A stretch of 64,000 nucleotides of DNA. It comes from Methanobacteriota archaeon (lineage in GTDB: Archaea > Thermoplasmatota > Thermoplasmata > SG8-5 > JAGLSY01). The notes beneath the pieces are model-generated. The model saw only the letters and a program-made list of their open reading frames with translations, searched no databases and had not been told where the DNA came from. The stretch covers positions 544,001 to 608,000 of the forward strand of contig JAEHCO010000001.1 of assembly GCA_020697715.1 (NCBI GenBank). Reading direction: 5' to 3'. Made by a program: the position numbers and the translations under genes. Below are positions 16,900-26,035 of the stretch, piece after piece (the first letter of the stretch is position 1; each line of letters starts with the position of its first letter).

Positions 16900-17262
16900 T
16901 CAACATATTATCACCTTGTCCCATTCTTCCATCACGCTGTTGACCAGAGCCTTGTAAGTGTCCTCTATGAACTCCGCCCCTTGGATCACCCTGTCTTTGG
17001 GGAACCCAGCTGCTCTGGCGTGTTCATCACTGATGTATAATTTGGCTCCATCATTGACAAGCTGGCCAATGATCTCAGATACATTTCCAGAATCATTCAG
17101 CGCATTCCAAATTCCATCGGATATGAGAAATATTCCAACACTTTTCCCTTTCTTCACAGCTCCCATACCGAAATCCACGGCCTGGCGTGCGCTTCCGGTC
17201 ATGATCGACGTTCTTGCGATTATGATACCAAGACTATCAAATTTATTATCTGGCTCTATCAT
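16900..17262 (-). CDS. DsrE/F/H-like protein (no central Cys)
   Basis: IFLISDGIW, HARAAG and DKVIIC. Confidence 0.7.
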   Translation of the reverse strand: MIEPDNKFDSLGIIIARTSIMTGSARQAVDFGMGAVKKGKSVGIFLISDGIWNALNDSGNVSEIIGQLVNDGAKLYISDEHARAAGFPKDRVIQGAEFIEDTYKALVNSVMEEWDKVIIC

Positions 17263-17276
17263 TCATTATCCTCCAT

Positions 17277-17460
17277 TTAACAGTGTTTAACAATCGTATA
17301 TATAGTTGTGTATTATTTTGACACACTATAAATAATTATGACCTAATTTGAAGTATTAAATGAGACTGAGATCCAACTATATTCATTGTAGTTTTGTGTA
17401 GTTTTGTTACGAATTATTAATTCGTCAGAAGTTGTATTTAATATTTATATAATATAATAG
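17277..17460. promoter_or_regulatory. Divergent promoter region of the dsrE/tusA and ahb/hem operons
   Basis: TATATATA at 17297-17304 (minus strand), TTTATATAA near 17444-17452 (plus strand), TTAACA(A/G)T boxes and a tandem TGTAGTTTTG x2 at 17387-17406. Confidence 0.6.
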
Positions 17461-17494
17461 GTATTGGGTCAAACCCAGAAAGGGAGAGGTAAAT

Positions 17495-18496
17495 ATGCTG
17501 GCTTCATGGAATGTCACAAATGAATGCAATCTTCGTTGCGAACACTGTTATAGAGATGCTGGAAATGAATATTCCAATGAGCTTAGCACTCAAGAGGGAA
17601 AGGATCTTCTAAGTGAGATTGCCAAGGCTGGCTTCAAGCTAATGGTCTTCTCGGGTGGTGAGCCTTTTATGAGGAAGGACATACTCGAGCTTACCGAACA
17701 TGCGGTCTCTGTCGGCCTTCGGCCAGTTTATGGATCGAATGGCACATTGCTTACCAAGGAGATGATCAGAAAGATCAAGGCAGCTGGTGGAAGCTCAGTT
17801 GCTATTTCACTTCACATGGTGGATAAGGATAAATTGGACGAGTTCTGCGGTATGCCAGGAACCTATGAGAAATCCATCCAGGCCATGAAGAACTGCAAGG
17901 AAGAAGGCTTTGATTTCCAGGTCAACACGACAGCATTCACCCGCAATATAGACGAGATAGAGAAGCTCTGTGAGCTTGCCAAAGAGATGGGCGCGAAATC
18001 CCATCACGTGCTGTTCCTTGTACCTACTGGCCGAGGCGAGGATATAGAAGAAGAATCCCTCCGTGAGAAAAATTACGAGATCTTGATCCGCAAGCTATTG
18101 GAGAAAAGAGAGGAATTGAATTTCGATATAAAGCCCACCTGCGCTCCCCAGTTCATGAGGATCGCGGCTCAAAAGGATCAGGATATGGGCCGATACACAA
18201 GAGGATGTCTTGCAGGTATGAGCTATTGTTCCATAGTTCCCAATGGCGATGTCTGGCCATGCCCTTATTTGCCAATAAAGGTCGGGAATGTTAGAGATAC
18301 GCCATTCTCCGAGATCTGGAAAACTAGCAAAGTTTTCAATGATATGAGATCCCTAGATTATACTGGCTCATGTGGGATCTGTAAGTATAAAGACATATGC
18401 GGCGGGTGCAGAGCCAGGGCCCACATCTATTACGATGATTACATGGCTCACGAGCCATGGTGCGCTTATGGAAGGGGTTTGGTAAAGAATGAATGA
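17495..18496 (+). CDS. ahbD: Radical SAM/SPASM heme b synthase (AhbD/NirJ2-like)
   Basis: CNLRCEHC, SGGEP, LVPTGRG, PTCAPQF and SPASM cysteines, plus operon context. Confidence 0.85.
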   Translation: MLASWNVTNECNLRCEHCYRDAGNEYSNELSTQEGKDLLSEIAKAGFKLMVFSGGEPFMRKDILELTEHAVSVGLRPVYGSNGTLLTKEMIRKIKAAGGSSVAISLHMVDKDKLDEFCGMPGTYEKSIQAMKNCKEEGFDFQVNTTAFTRNIDEIEKLCELAKEMGAKSHHVLFLVPTGRGEDIEEESLREKNYEILIRKLLEKREELNFDIKPTCAPQFMRIAAQKDQDMGRYTRGCLAGMSYCSIVPNGDVWPCPYLPIKVGNVRDTPFSEIWKTSKVFNDMRSLDYTGSCGICKYKDICGGCRARAHIYYDDYMAHEPWCAYGRGLVKNE

Positions 18497-18941
18497 GATG
18501 TCCATATTGGAGCAAAAGGTACTGAAGGAACTTCAGAAAGGAATAGAGCCAGTGACGCATCCATATAGGACGATAGCCGAAAAACTCAATTGCACCGAGA
18601 ATGACATAATCAAGATACTGGATGACCTGATGCAAAGAGGACTTGTCAGAAAATATGGAGCCATCATAGCCCCCAAGAAATTAGGCTATGTTTCCACGCT
18701 GGCCGCGATGGAGGTTCCAGAAGCAAAGATCGAAGAAGTTGGCCAGATGGTCAATTCATTCCACGGGGTCACACATAATTACCTTCGCGATGGTGAACCG
18801 AATCTATGGTTCACCATGATCGAGAAGAATGACGCAGCCCTTGATAATAATTTGAGCCAGATCAATGATAGAACAGGATTAGAGGTCATAAAACTACCAG
18901 CCAGAAAGACCTACAAAATAGGTGTTAAATTTGATATCTGA
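18489..18941 (+). CDS. ahbA: Siroheme decarboxylase subunit alpha (Lrp/AsnC-like)
   Basis: LGYVSTLAA, GVTHNYLR, NLWFT and LPARKTYKIGVKF. Confidence 0.9.
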   Translation: MNEMSILEQKVLKELQKGIEPVTHPYRTIAEKLNCTENDIIKILDDLMQRGLVRKYGAIIAPKKLGYVSTLAAMEVPEAKIEEVGQMVNSFHGVTHNYLRDGEPNLWFTMIEKNDAALDNNLSQINDRTGLEVIKLPARKTYKIGVKFDI

Positions 18942-19419
18942 TGTGGAGAAAAAAGTATTGTTCGAGGTCCAGGACATGCCCCTGGTTACCGACCCTTTCA
19001 GGATAATATCTGATAAGCTCGGTATGTCGGAAGAAAAGATCCTGGATATATGTGCTGGACTACTTGAAAAAGGCATAATTCGAAGGATAGCACCTTCCAT
19101 CGCCCACAGGAAGGTGGGTTTCTCGGCCAATGCGATGACAGCAGCCAGTGTACTGGATGACAGGATGGACGAGGTAGGAATGGCTGTCGCACAGGAAGAT
19201 GGAGTGACCCATTGCTATTCTCGAGATGGTTGGGATCATAATTTATTCTTCATGGTCCATGGCCAGACCCGGGAAGAAGCGGTATCCAAGGTCTCGGAGA
19301 TAGCCAAAAGGCATGAACTACAAAACTATGATATATTCTTTTCACACACGGAGCTAAAAAAGACCTCCTTCAGGCTGAGGAAGGAAGATCTTATTGACAG
19401 CGAGGAGGCCGGCTTATGA
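18931..19419 (+). CDS. ahbB: Siroheme decarboxylase subunit beta
   Basis: HRKVGFSANAM, VTHCYSR, NLFFMVHG and ELKKTS. Confidence 0.9.
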   Translation: MISDVEKKVLFEVQDMPLVTDPFRIISDKLGMSEEKILDICAGLLEKGIIRRIAPSIAHRKVGFSANAMTAASVLDDRMDEVGMAVAQEDGVTHCYSRDGWDHNLFFMVHGQTREEAVSKVSEIAKRHELQNYDIFFSHTELKKTSFRLRKEDLIDSEEAGL

Positions 19420-20036
19420 AAATGCCCGTTGTACTGAACATGGAAGGGCCAGTCATCATCTTCGGAGGCGGCAATGTGGGTCAGCGCAAGGTGGAATACG
19501 CCTCCATGTTCACCGATGATATAACTCTGATATCCAAGGATGCGCTTCCAATGCCAGATCATGTCACTATTGTAAATATGGAAATAACTGGTGATAATTT
19601 CAAAGACCAGATCCCCGGCAATACGGCATTGGTCATATCTGCCTTTTCCGACAGGGCGCTTAATCGCCAGATAGCGGATTACTGCCTCGAACAAGGCATC
19701 CTGATCAATGTTGTTGACGATCAGGAGCTTTCCAATATATTTTTCACCGGCATTTCCAAAGCTGGAGATGTCACGATATCCATCTCCACTGGTGGTGTAT
19801 CGCCTTTCATGGCTCGCAAGATGAGGGAAGAGTTGGATGATTGGGTGGTCGGCAAGGATATCTGGCTAGAGGTTCTTCACCCACTCAGATGCCATATAGA
19901 TGGAATTGATGAAAAGAATCGCATTTTTGAAGAAATATTTGCAGATGCTCGGCTTGGGGAAATGGTCGAACAGGGTGAGATCGAAGAGGCCAGGAAAAGA
20001 GCGAAGGAGGTGTTCGATGTACATTGCCAGCATTAA
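19416..20036 (+). CDS. sirC: Precorrin-2 dehydrogenase (SirC/Met8/CysG N-terminal-like)
   Basis: GGGNVGQRK Rossmann motif, INVVDD and ISTGGVSPFMARKMRE. Confidence 0.85.
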   Translation: MKMPVVLNMEGPVIIFGGGNVGQRKVEYASMFTDDITLISKDALPMPDHVTIVNMEITGDNFKDQIPGNTALVISAFSDRALNRQIADYCLEQGILINVVDDQELSNIFFTGISKAGDVTISISTGGVSPFMARKMREELDDWVVGKDIWLEVLHPLRCHIDGIDEKNRIFEEIFADARLGEMVEQGEIEEARKRAKEVFDVHCQH

Positions 20037-21375
20037 GGTCACCTTCGAGACCACTGATCAGAAAATACTGGACACACTTCATATTCCCGAATCCAAGCTG
20101 GAAGATTTCTACAAGGAACTTCTTTCAACAGATGGAATATCGGAGGCCGTGGTAGTCCAGACTTGCAATCGCTTTGAAATTTATTATTCAGGAGATGATG
20201 AGGACACGGGAAAGGCCCAGATGAGGAAATTCATGATGGAAAGATATGGAGCCAGCATGTCCGAATATATTATTTCCGAACGCTATCTGGAAACTCTCGA
20301 TCATCTCTTCAGGGTCGTGTCCTCCATCGACAGTCTTATGGTGGGTGAGAATCAGATACTGGCCCAGATGAAGGAAGCACTTGAATATGCTTCCAAAAAT
20401 AATCATACAGGTCGAGTACTGGAACCCATCTTCCAAAGGGCTTTGTATGTTGGCAAGCGCGTGAGGTCTGAGACCGATATTTCCAGAGGAAAGGTATCTA
20501 TCTCATCGGCCGCGGTAGATCTGGCCAATAAGCACAATCCTCTTTCTGGAAAGAATGTGATGATAATCGGTACGGGAAATATGGCCTCCCTGCTAGCGGA
20601 TTATATCTGCCAGTTCCAGCTGAACAGTATTGTCACCGTGGGTCGCACCCCAGAGAATATCCAGAGATTCTGCGATAAATATAAATCCACGCATATGCCA
20701 TTTTCAGATGTCAAGCTGGGCATGGAAAAGGCAGATGTCATCTTCACAGCCACCTCCTGTCCCCATGTGCTCATCACGAAAGAACTGGTGGAATCTGCAG
20801 TGAAGGATAGGACAAAGCCGCTCACACTGATAGACATAGCTATGCCATCGGACATAGACCCTAGAGTGAGGGAATTGGATAATACCCAATATTTTTCAAT
20901 TCAAGACCTAAGGGAGATATCCGAGAAGAACAAACTGGCCAGACAAGAAGAGGTTGTGAGAAGTGAGACAATAATCGAGGAGGAGCTGTCCAGGTTCAAG
21001 ATGAAGTTGGAGAATCTGCATATCGAGACCTTCCTTTCCAGTTTGAACCGATACACGGAAGAGATACGCGCCAGGGAGCTGGAAAAGTCTCTAAGAAGAA
21101 TAGATGATCTTGATCCTAAGACCCAGAAGATCATGGATGATCTTTCACGAAGCCTGATGAAAAAACTGATGCACAATCTATTATTACATATCAAGGATAA
21201 TCCTCAAAGCCAGAATCAGATGGAGAACTTCACCCAGTTGTTCACTGGCAATGGCAATGGCCACCCAGGCGGTCACCCTCCTGCTCAGGAGCATCCGCAT
21301 GCTGGTGGTCACCCATATGCGATGAAGAAACCAACTGGCCATAGCAATGATGATAAAAAACAGGAGGATGAATGA
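20017..21375 (+). CDS. hemA: Glutamyl-tRNA reductase with a His/Pro-rich C-terminal tail
   Basis: QTCNRFE, DSLMVGENQIL, IGTGNMA and IDIAMPSDI. Start at 20017 follows a GGAGGTG SD. Confidence 0.93.
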   Translation: MYIASIKVTFETTDQKILDTLHIPESKLEDFYKELLSTDGISEAVVVQTCNRFEIYYSGDDEDTGKAQMRKFMMERYGASMSEYIISERYLETLDHLFRVVSSIDSLMVGENQILAQMKEALEYASKNNHTGRVLEPIFQRALYVGKRVRSETDISRGKVSISSAAVDLANKHNPLSGKNVMIIGTGNMASLLADYICQFQLNSIVTVGRTPENIQRFCDKYKSTHMPFSDVKLGMEKADVIFTATSCPHVLITKELVESAVKDRTKPLTLIDIAMPSDIDPRVRELDNTQYFSIQDLREISEKNKLARQEEVVRSETIIEEELSRFKMKLENLHIETFLSSLNRYTEEIRARELEKSLRRIDDLDPKTQKIMDDLSRSLMKKLMHNLLLHIKDNPQSQNQMENFTQLFTGNGNGHPGGHPPAQEHPHAGGHPYAMKKPTGHSNDDKKQEDE

Positions 21376-22376
21376 TGTTTCCCAATGTGAGAATGAGAAG
21401 ACTGAGGAACCACCATCTAATGCGGAATATGGTAGCTGAATTTGAATTAAAACCATCCAATCTTATCCTACCAATGTTCGTAAAAGAAGATCTGGCAGAA
21501 GGTGAGAAGAATCCCATAAGTGCCATGCCGGGTGTTTTCCAGCATTCGATAAGCTCCCTGGTGAAAGAGGCCAGGGAAGTTCGCGACCTCGGTATACCCG
21601 CGATAATACTTTTTGGCATTCCAAGCAAAAAGGACCATCATGGTTCGGAAGCTTACAATCCCGAGGGAATAATACCTAGAGCGGTCAGGGCCATCAAGAA
21701 AGAGCTGGGTGATAGTCTTCTCGTGGCTTGCGATGTATGTCTTTGCGAGTACACGGATCATGGCCATTGCGCCCCCATTGAGGGTGATAGGATCCTCAAT
21801 GACGAGGCACTGGACCTTTATTCAAAGGCCGCGTTGGAATATGTGAGAGCCGGAGCTGATATCATTGCTCCGTCCGATATGATGGATGGACGAGTTGCGC
21901 ATATCCGCCAGGCACTGGATCATGACGGTCATAAGGACACGATAATAATGGCATATGCGGTGAAATATGCCTCTTCATTCTACGGGCCATTCAGGGAAGC
22001 GGCAGAGTCTGGCTTTGCAGAAGGACCAAAGGATAGAAAAGCTCACCAGATGGATCCAGCTAATTTGAGCCAAGCCTTCAGAGAAGTTGAACTTGACATT
22101 CTGGAAGGCGCGGACATAGTGATGGTCAAGCCAGCTTTACCATATCTCGATATAATCAAAGGGATCAGCGATACCTTTGATTCACCACTGGCTGCTTATC
22201 AAGTATCTGGAGAATATTCCATGATAATCGCGGCCTCGGAAAATGGCTGGCTGGACAAAGAATCGGCCATGATGGAATCCCTGCTGGCAATAAGGCGAGC
22301 CGGGGCAACTATGATATTGACTTACTTTGCAAAAGAAGCCGCAAAGGTGATCGACCGCAGAGTGGTAAAAAGGTGA
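21372..22376 (+). CDS. hemB: Porphobilinogen synthase (Zn-type)
   Basis: RMRRLR, DVCLCEYTDHGHC, SDMMDGR, MVKPAL and AYQVSGEY. Confidence 0.97.
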   Translation: MMFPNVRMRRLRNHHLMRNMVAEFELKPSNLILPMFVKEDLAEGEKNPISAMPGVFQHSISSLVKEAREVRDLGIPAIILFGIPSKKDHHGSEAYNPEGIIPRAVRAIKKELGDSLLVACDVCLCEYTDHGHCAPIEGDRILNDEALDLYSKAALEYVRAGADIIAPSDMMDGRVAHIRQALDHDGHKDTIIMAYAVKYASSFYGPFREAAESGFAEGPKDRKAHQMDPANLSQAFREVELDILEGADIVMVKPALPYLDIIKGISDTFDSPLAAYQVSGEYSMIIAASENGWLDKESAMMESLLAIRRAGATMILTYFAKEAAKVIDRRVVKR

Positions 22377-22380
22377 TAAT

Positions 22381-23652
22381 ATGAAAAATCAGGAATTGTT
22401 CGAAGCTTCAAAAGAAGTGCTGGTCGGCGGCGTGAACAGCCCGGTCAGAGCCATATCCCCGTATCCTTTCTTCGTGGAGAGGAGCGAGGGAGCTAGACTG
22501 TATGATGCAGAAGGACAGTCGTATATCGACTACTGCCTGGCCTTCGGGCCGATGATACTGGGCCATAATAACCCTATTATCAGAAAGGCAGTGGAGGAAA
22601 GACTGGCCAACGGTTGGTGTTTTGGTACACCGACCGAGGCAGAACTGGAATATGCCAAGTTGATAACATCCACAGTTCCCAATGTGGATAAAATAAGATG
22701 TATGAACACAGGTACCGAGGCCACGATGACGGCCATTCGCCTTGCCAGGGGATTCACTGGACGCGACAAGATAATCAAGATAGAAGGCGCTTTTCACGGA
22801 GCACACGACGCGGTGCTTGTCAAGGCTGGCTCAGGAGCACTGACGCACAGTGTGCCCAATTCAAAAGGCATACCAGCGGATGTGACAAAGAATACAATTC
22901 TAATTCCATACAATGATCTGGATGCCATCGAGACCGCCCTCAAGGAGAATGAAGGCGAAATAGCGGCCATGATCACCGAGCCAGCTATCGGAAATGCTGG
23001 CTGTATACTTCCAAAGGATAATTACCTGGCAGATGCTAAGAAGATACTTGCGGAGCACGATTCACTTCTGATACTGGACGAGGTCATAACCGGCTTCAGG
23101 CTGGGACAGGGCGGAGCTCAGGAATACTTCGGCGTGGATGCGGATATCGTCACAATGGGCAAGATAATCAGTGGGGGCTTCCACATGGGTATGATGGGAG
23201 CCAGGCATGAGATAATGGACAATATCACTCCATCTGGTCAAGTCTACAATGCCGGAACCTTCAATGGCCACCCGGTATCGATAGCCGCTGGCATCGCGAC
23301 ACTTAAGACCATCAAGAACACGGATGCTCTCAGCAAGATAGCGGATGCTGGCAACAAGGTGCAAAATGGTCTTAAAGACATTTTGTCCGATATCGGCCTC
23401 GATTACCAGGTGCAGGGCATCGGTCCTATGTTCCAGGTCTTCTTCAATGACAAGCCAGTCACCAATCTGGACGAGGCGAAATTATCGGATGATAAGAAAT
23501 TCCTGGACTACTGTGCTAAATTGAGAGAGTTGGGAGTCTTCCTGCCACCATCACAGTTCGAGTGCTGCTTTACATCGATCGCGCATGACCAGCAGGTTAT
23601 CGACACCTCTCTGGAGGCTTTCGAAACAGCCTTGAAACACACTCATGTGTGA
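22381..23652 (+). CDS. hemL: Glutamate-1-semialdehyde 2,1-aminomutase
   Basis: GGVNSPVRA, GTEATM, DEVITGFR, GKIISGG and PPSQFE. Confidence 0.96.
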   Translation: MKNQELFEASKEVLVGGVNSPVRAISPYPFFVERSEGARLYDAEGQSYIDYCLAFGPMILGHNNPIIRKAVEERLANGWCFGTPTEAELEYAKLITSTVPNVDKIRCMNTGTEATMTAIRLARGFTGRDKIIKIEGAFHGAHDAVLVKAGSGALTHSVPNSKGIPADVTKNTILIPYNDLDAIETALKENEGEIAAMITEPAIGNAGCILPKDNYLADAKKILAEHDSLLILDEVITGFRLGQGGAQEYFGVDADIVTMGKIISGGFHMGMMGARHEIMDNITPSGQVYNAGTFNGHPVSIAAGIATLKTIKNTDALSKIADAGNKVQNGLKDILSDIGLDYQVQGIGPMFQVFFNDKPVTNLDEAKLSDDKKFLDYCAKLRELGVFLPPSQFECCFTSIAHDQQVIDTSLEAFETALKHTHV

Positions 23653-23689
23653 TCGTGTATGTATGATAACACATGAATGGGAGAATCAA

Positions 23690-24604
23690 ATGAGACAATT
23701 AATTGCCGGAAGCCGCGGGTCGAAACTCGCACTGACCCAGACCGAGGGCATTATCAGAGACTTGGGTCTGGATATACCCATCAAGGTCATCAAGACCCGT
23801 GGTGATAATATCCAGGACGTGGCACTGGCCAAGCTGGAAGGTAAGGCTTTCTTCACAAAGGAGATCGACGACGCCCTCTTAGCTGGTGAGATAGACCTGG
23901 CAGTACATTCTTACAAGGACATTCCAACGGACCTGCCAGATGGCATTACCATTGCCGCGGTACCAATTCGTGAGCCCTCCAATGACGCCATAGTGGGTGC
24001 CAAGAGCATTGAGGATCTTCCACTCAATGCCAATATAGGGACATCAAGCTTACGCAGGCAGGCTCTGGCCAGGCACTTGAGACCCGATCTAAAAATGCTC
24101 GATCTCAGGGGCAATATCGACACCCGTATGCGCAAGCAGGCTGAAGGCCAGTACGACGCCATAATCGTGGCCGAAGCCGGCTTGAGAAGAATGGGCTATC
24201 CATCTGAAGAATACAAGCCACTGGATGGCGACACCTTCATACCAGCTCCGGGGCAAGGCGCTCTGGGGATCACGGCCAGAGCGGATGATACCGAAGTTTT
24301 AGAATTATTGAAAAAGCTCGAGCATGCCTCAACAAGAATGGCATGCGATATCGAGCGAAGTTTCCTGACAGCGTTGGACGGTGGCTGCCAGGTACCAGCT
24401 GGCATTTATACGGAAATAGATGCGGATGGAAAATTGGTCGAGATAAAGGGATTCATTTCATCCGCTGATGGAAAACGATTCCTTTCCGAGACAAGGATCG
24501 GAAAGCTCTCGGACGGCATAGAATTAGCGACTGGTCTCGCGGACAATCTCTTGAGGTCCGGGGGCGACGTTCTGCTGGAAGAACTCAGAAAAGGAGGGAA
24601 TTGA
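23690..24604 (+). CDS. hemC: Hydroxymethylbilane synthase
   Basis: SRGSKLALTQ, FTKEID, AVHSYKD, GTSSLRR, RGNIDTR and GGCQVP. Confidence 0.96.
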   Translation: MRQLIAGSRGSKLALTQTEGIIRDLGLDIPIKVIKTRGDNIQDVALAKLEGKAFFTKEIDDALLAGEIDLAVHSYKDIPTDLPDGITIAAVPIREPSNDAIVGAKSIEDLPLNANIGTSSLRRQALARHLRPDLKMLDLRGNIDTRMRKQAEGQYDAIIVAEAGLRRMGYPSEEYKPLDGDTFIPAPGQGALGITARADDTEVLELLKKLEHASTRMACDIERSFLTALDGGCQVPAGIYTEIDADGKLVEIKGFISSADGKRFLSETRIGKLSDGIELATGLADNLLRSGGDVLLEELRKGGN

Positions 24605-26035
24605 ATGGTGGTTTACATCGTGGGCGCGGGCCCTGGAGATATCGGACTCGTCACACTCAAGGCGAAGGAATTGGTTCAGCGAGCGCAAGTAATAATATAC
24701 GACAAACTGGCCAATCCCCAGATATTGGATTGGGCTCCAGTTGATTGCGAGATGATATACATGGGTAAAAGGGAAAAGGATTCCGCTCATTCTCAGACCA
24801 TCCAGCAGCAGATCAATGACGCCATAGTCGAACATGGCCGTGATAAGTTCGTGGTTCGTTTGAAAGGTGGCGATCCACTCATATTCGGCCGCGGTGGCGA
24901 GGAAGCCCAGATCTGCTTAGAGGCTGGAATTCCCTTTGAATTGGTTCCAGGTATCTCATCCGCTGTATCCGTGCCAGCTTATGCTGGAGTTCCAGTAACT
25001 CATCGCGATTTCAATTCATCCGTTGCTTTCGTAACAGGTCATGAATCTGACAAGGAAGGTTCGTCCATAGAATGGAAAAATCTTCCGGATAATATTGTCG
25101 TACTGATGGGAGTATCCAGGATATCCATGACAGCCAAAAGGCTCATGGGCCATGGACGGCCAGCAGATACACCGGTGGCCGCCATATACAGCGGAACAAC
25201 ACCCAAGCAAAAGACCGTGATGTCCACTTTGGGCAAGCTGGCCGAGGAAGGCATAGACCTGCAGCCTCCGGTTATATTCGTTATAGGTCCGGTGGCTGAA
25301 CTTCACAATCAACTCAGCTGGTTCGAGAAGAAACTGGCCAATCTCAGAGGAAAGAAAGTGGTATTGACAAGAGCCAAAAGCCACATGAAGGAGAGCTTGG
25401 AGCTCTTCGAAAGTTATGGCATGGAAGCAATACCCATGCCACTTATCGAGATAGTTACCAGGGACTTCCAGGTGCCCGAAGTATCCGAATACGACGCCCT
25501 GGTCTTCACCTCATTGGAAGGCGTGAAGAAGGTGGGTGAGAAAATAGATCTATCAAATTATGCTGGCAGGATGTTCAGCATAGGCCCGAAGACCCGCTCC
25601 CACATCGAGAAGGAGTGGGGATTGAGAGCCACAAGTGGAGAAGCATACAATTCTGAAGGTCTAGGGGAGCACATAATGGCCGAAATGCCGAAGGGCTCGA
25701 AAATACTAGCCCTTCGCTCATCCGCTGCCACGGACCACCTGCCTTCCAGATTATCAAAGGATCATGATTATAGTGAGGTGCCTGTGTATGATATAGAAAG
25801 ATTGCCAGCTGATAAGAGCCAGATTCTCTCATCCGATGCGGTCTTTGTAGTATCAGCATCATGCGCCAAAAGTATCAGTGAAGTGTCTCCCAAGGCTTAT
25901 GATGGCAAGACCATCATATCCATCGGTCCCGAGACCTCAAAGTATTTGACCATGCCCCACATCACGGCCAGAGAGCACACCATACAGGGCATGGTGAATA
26001 CGTATATGAATTATATATGGAGTGGATTTCCATGA
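24605..26035 (+). CDS. cobA: Uroporphyrinogen-III C-methyltransferase / uroporphyrinogen-III synthase fusion (CobA-HemD)
   Basis: VGAGPGD, RLKGGDPLIFGRGGEE and PVTHR, then a HemD part (VVLTR, FTS, IGPKT, IGPET). Confidence 0.93.
   Translation: MVVYIVGAGPGDIGLVTLKAKELVQRAQVIIYDKLANPQILDWAPVDCEMIYMGKREKDSAHSQTIQQQINDAIVEHGRDKFVVRLKGGDPLIFGRGGEEAQICLEAGIPFELVPGISSAVSVPAYAGVPVTHRDFNSSVAFVTGHESDKEGSSIEWKNLPDNIVVLMGVSRISMTAKRLMGHGRPADTPVAAIYSGTTPKQKTVMSTLGKLAEEGIDLQPPVIFVIGPVAELHNQLSWFEKKLANLRGKKVVLTRAKSHMKESLELFESYGMEAIPMPLIEIVTRDFQVPEVSEYDALVFTSLEGVKKVGEKIDLSNYAGRMFSIGPKTRSHIEKEWGLRATSGEAYNSEGLGEHIMAEMPKGSKILALRSSAATDHLPSRLSKDHDYSEVPVYDIERLPADKSQILSSDAVFVVSASCAKSISEVSPKAYDGKTIISIGPETSKYLTMPHITAREHTIQGMVNTYMNYIWSGFP

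Noticed and set aside
16864-16902. UGA followed by a hairpin as a SECIS-type selenocysteine signal
   Set aside because: The protein ends at the homologous DsrE C-terminus (DKVIIC versus DKVITF). Readthrough gives a short meaningless peptide out of frame with the next gene.
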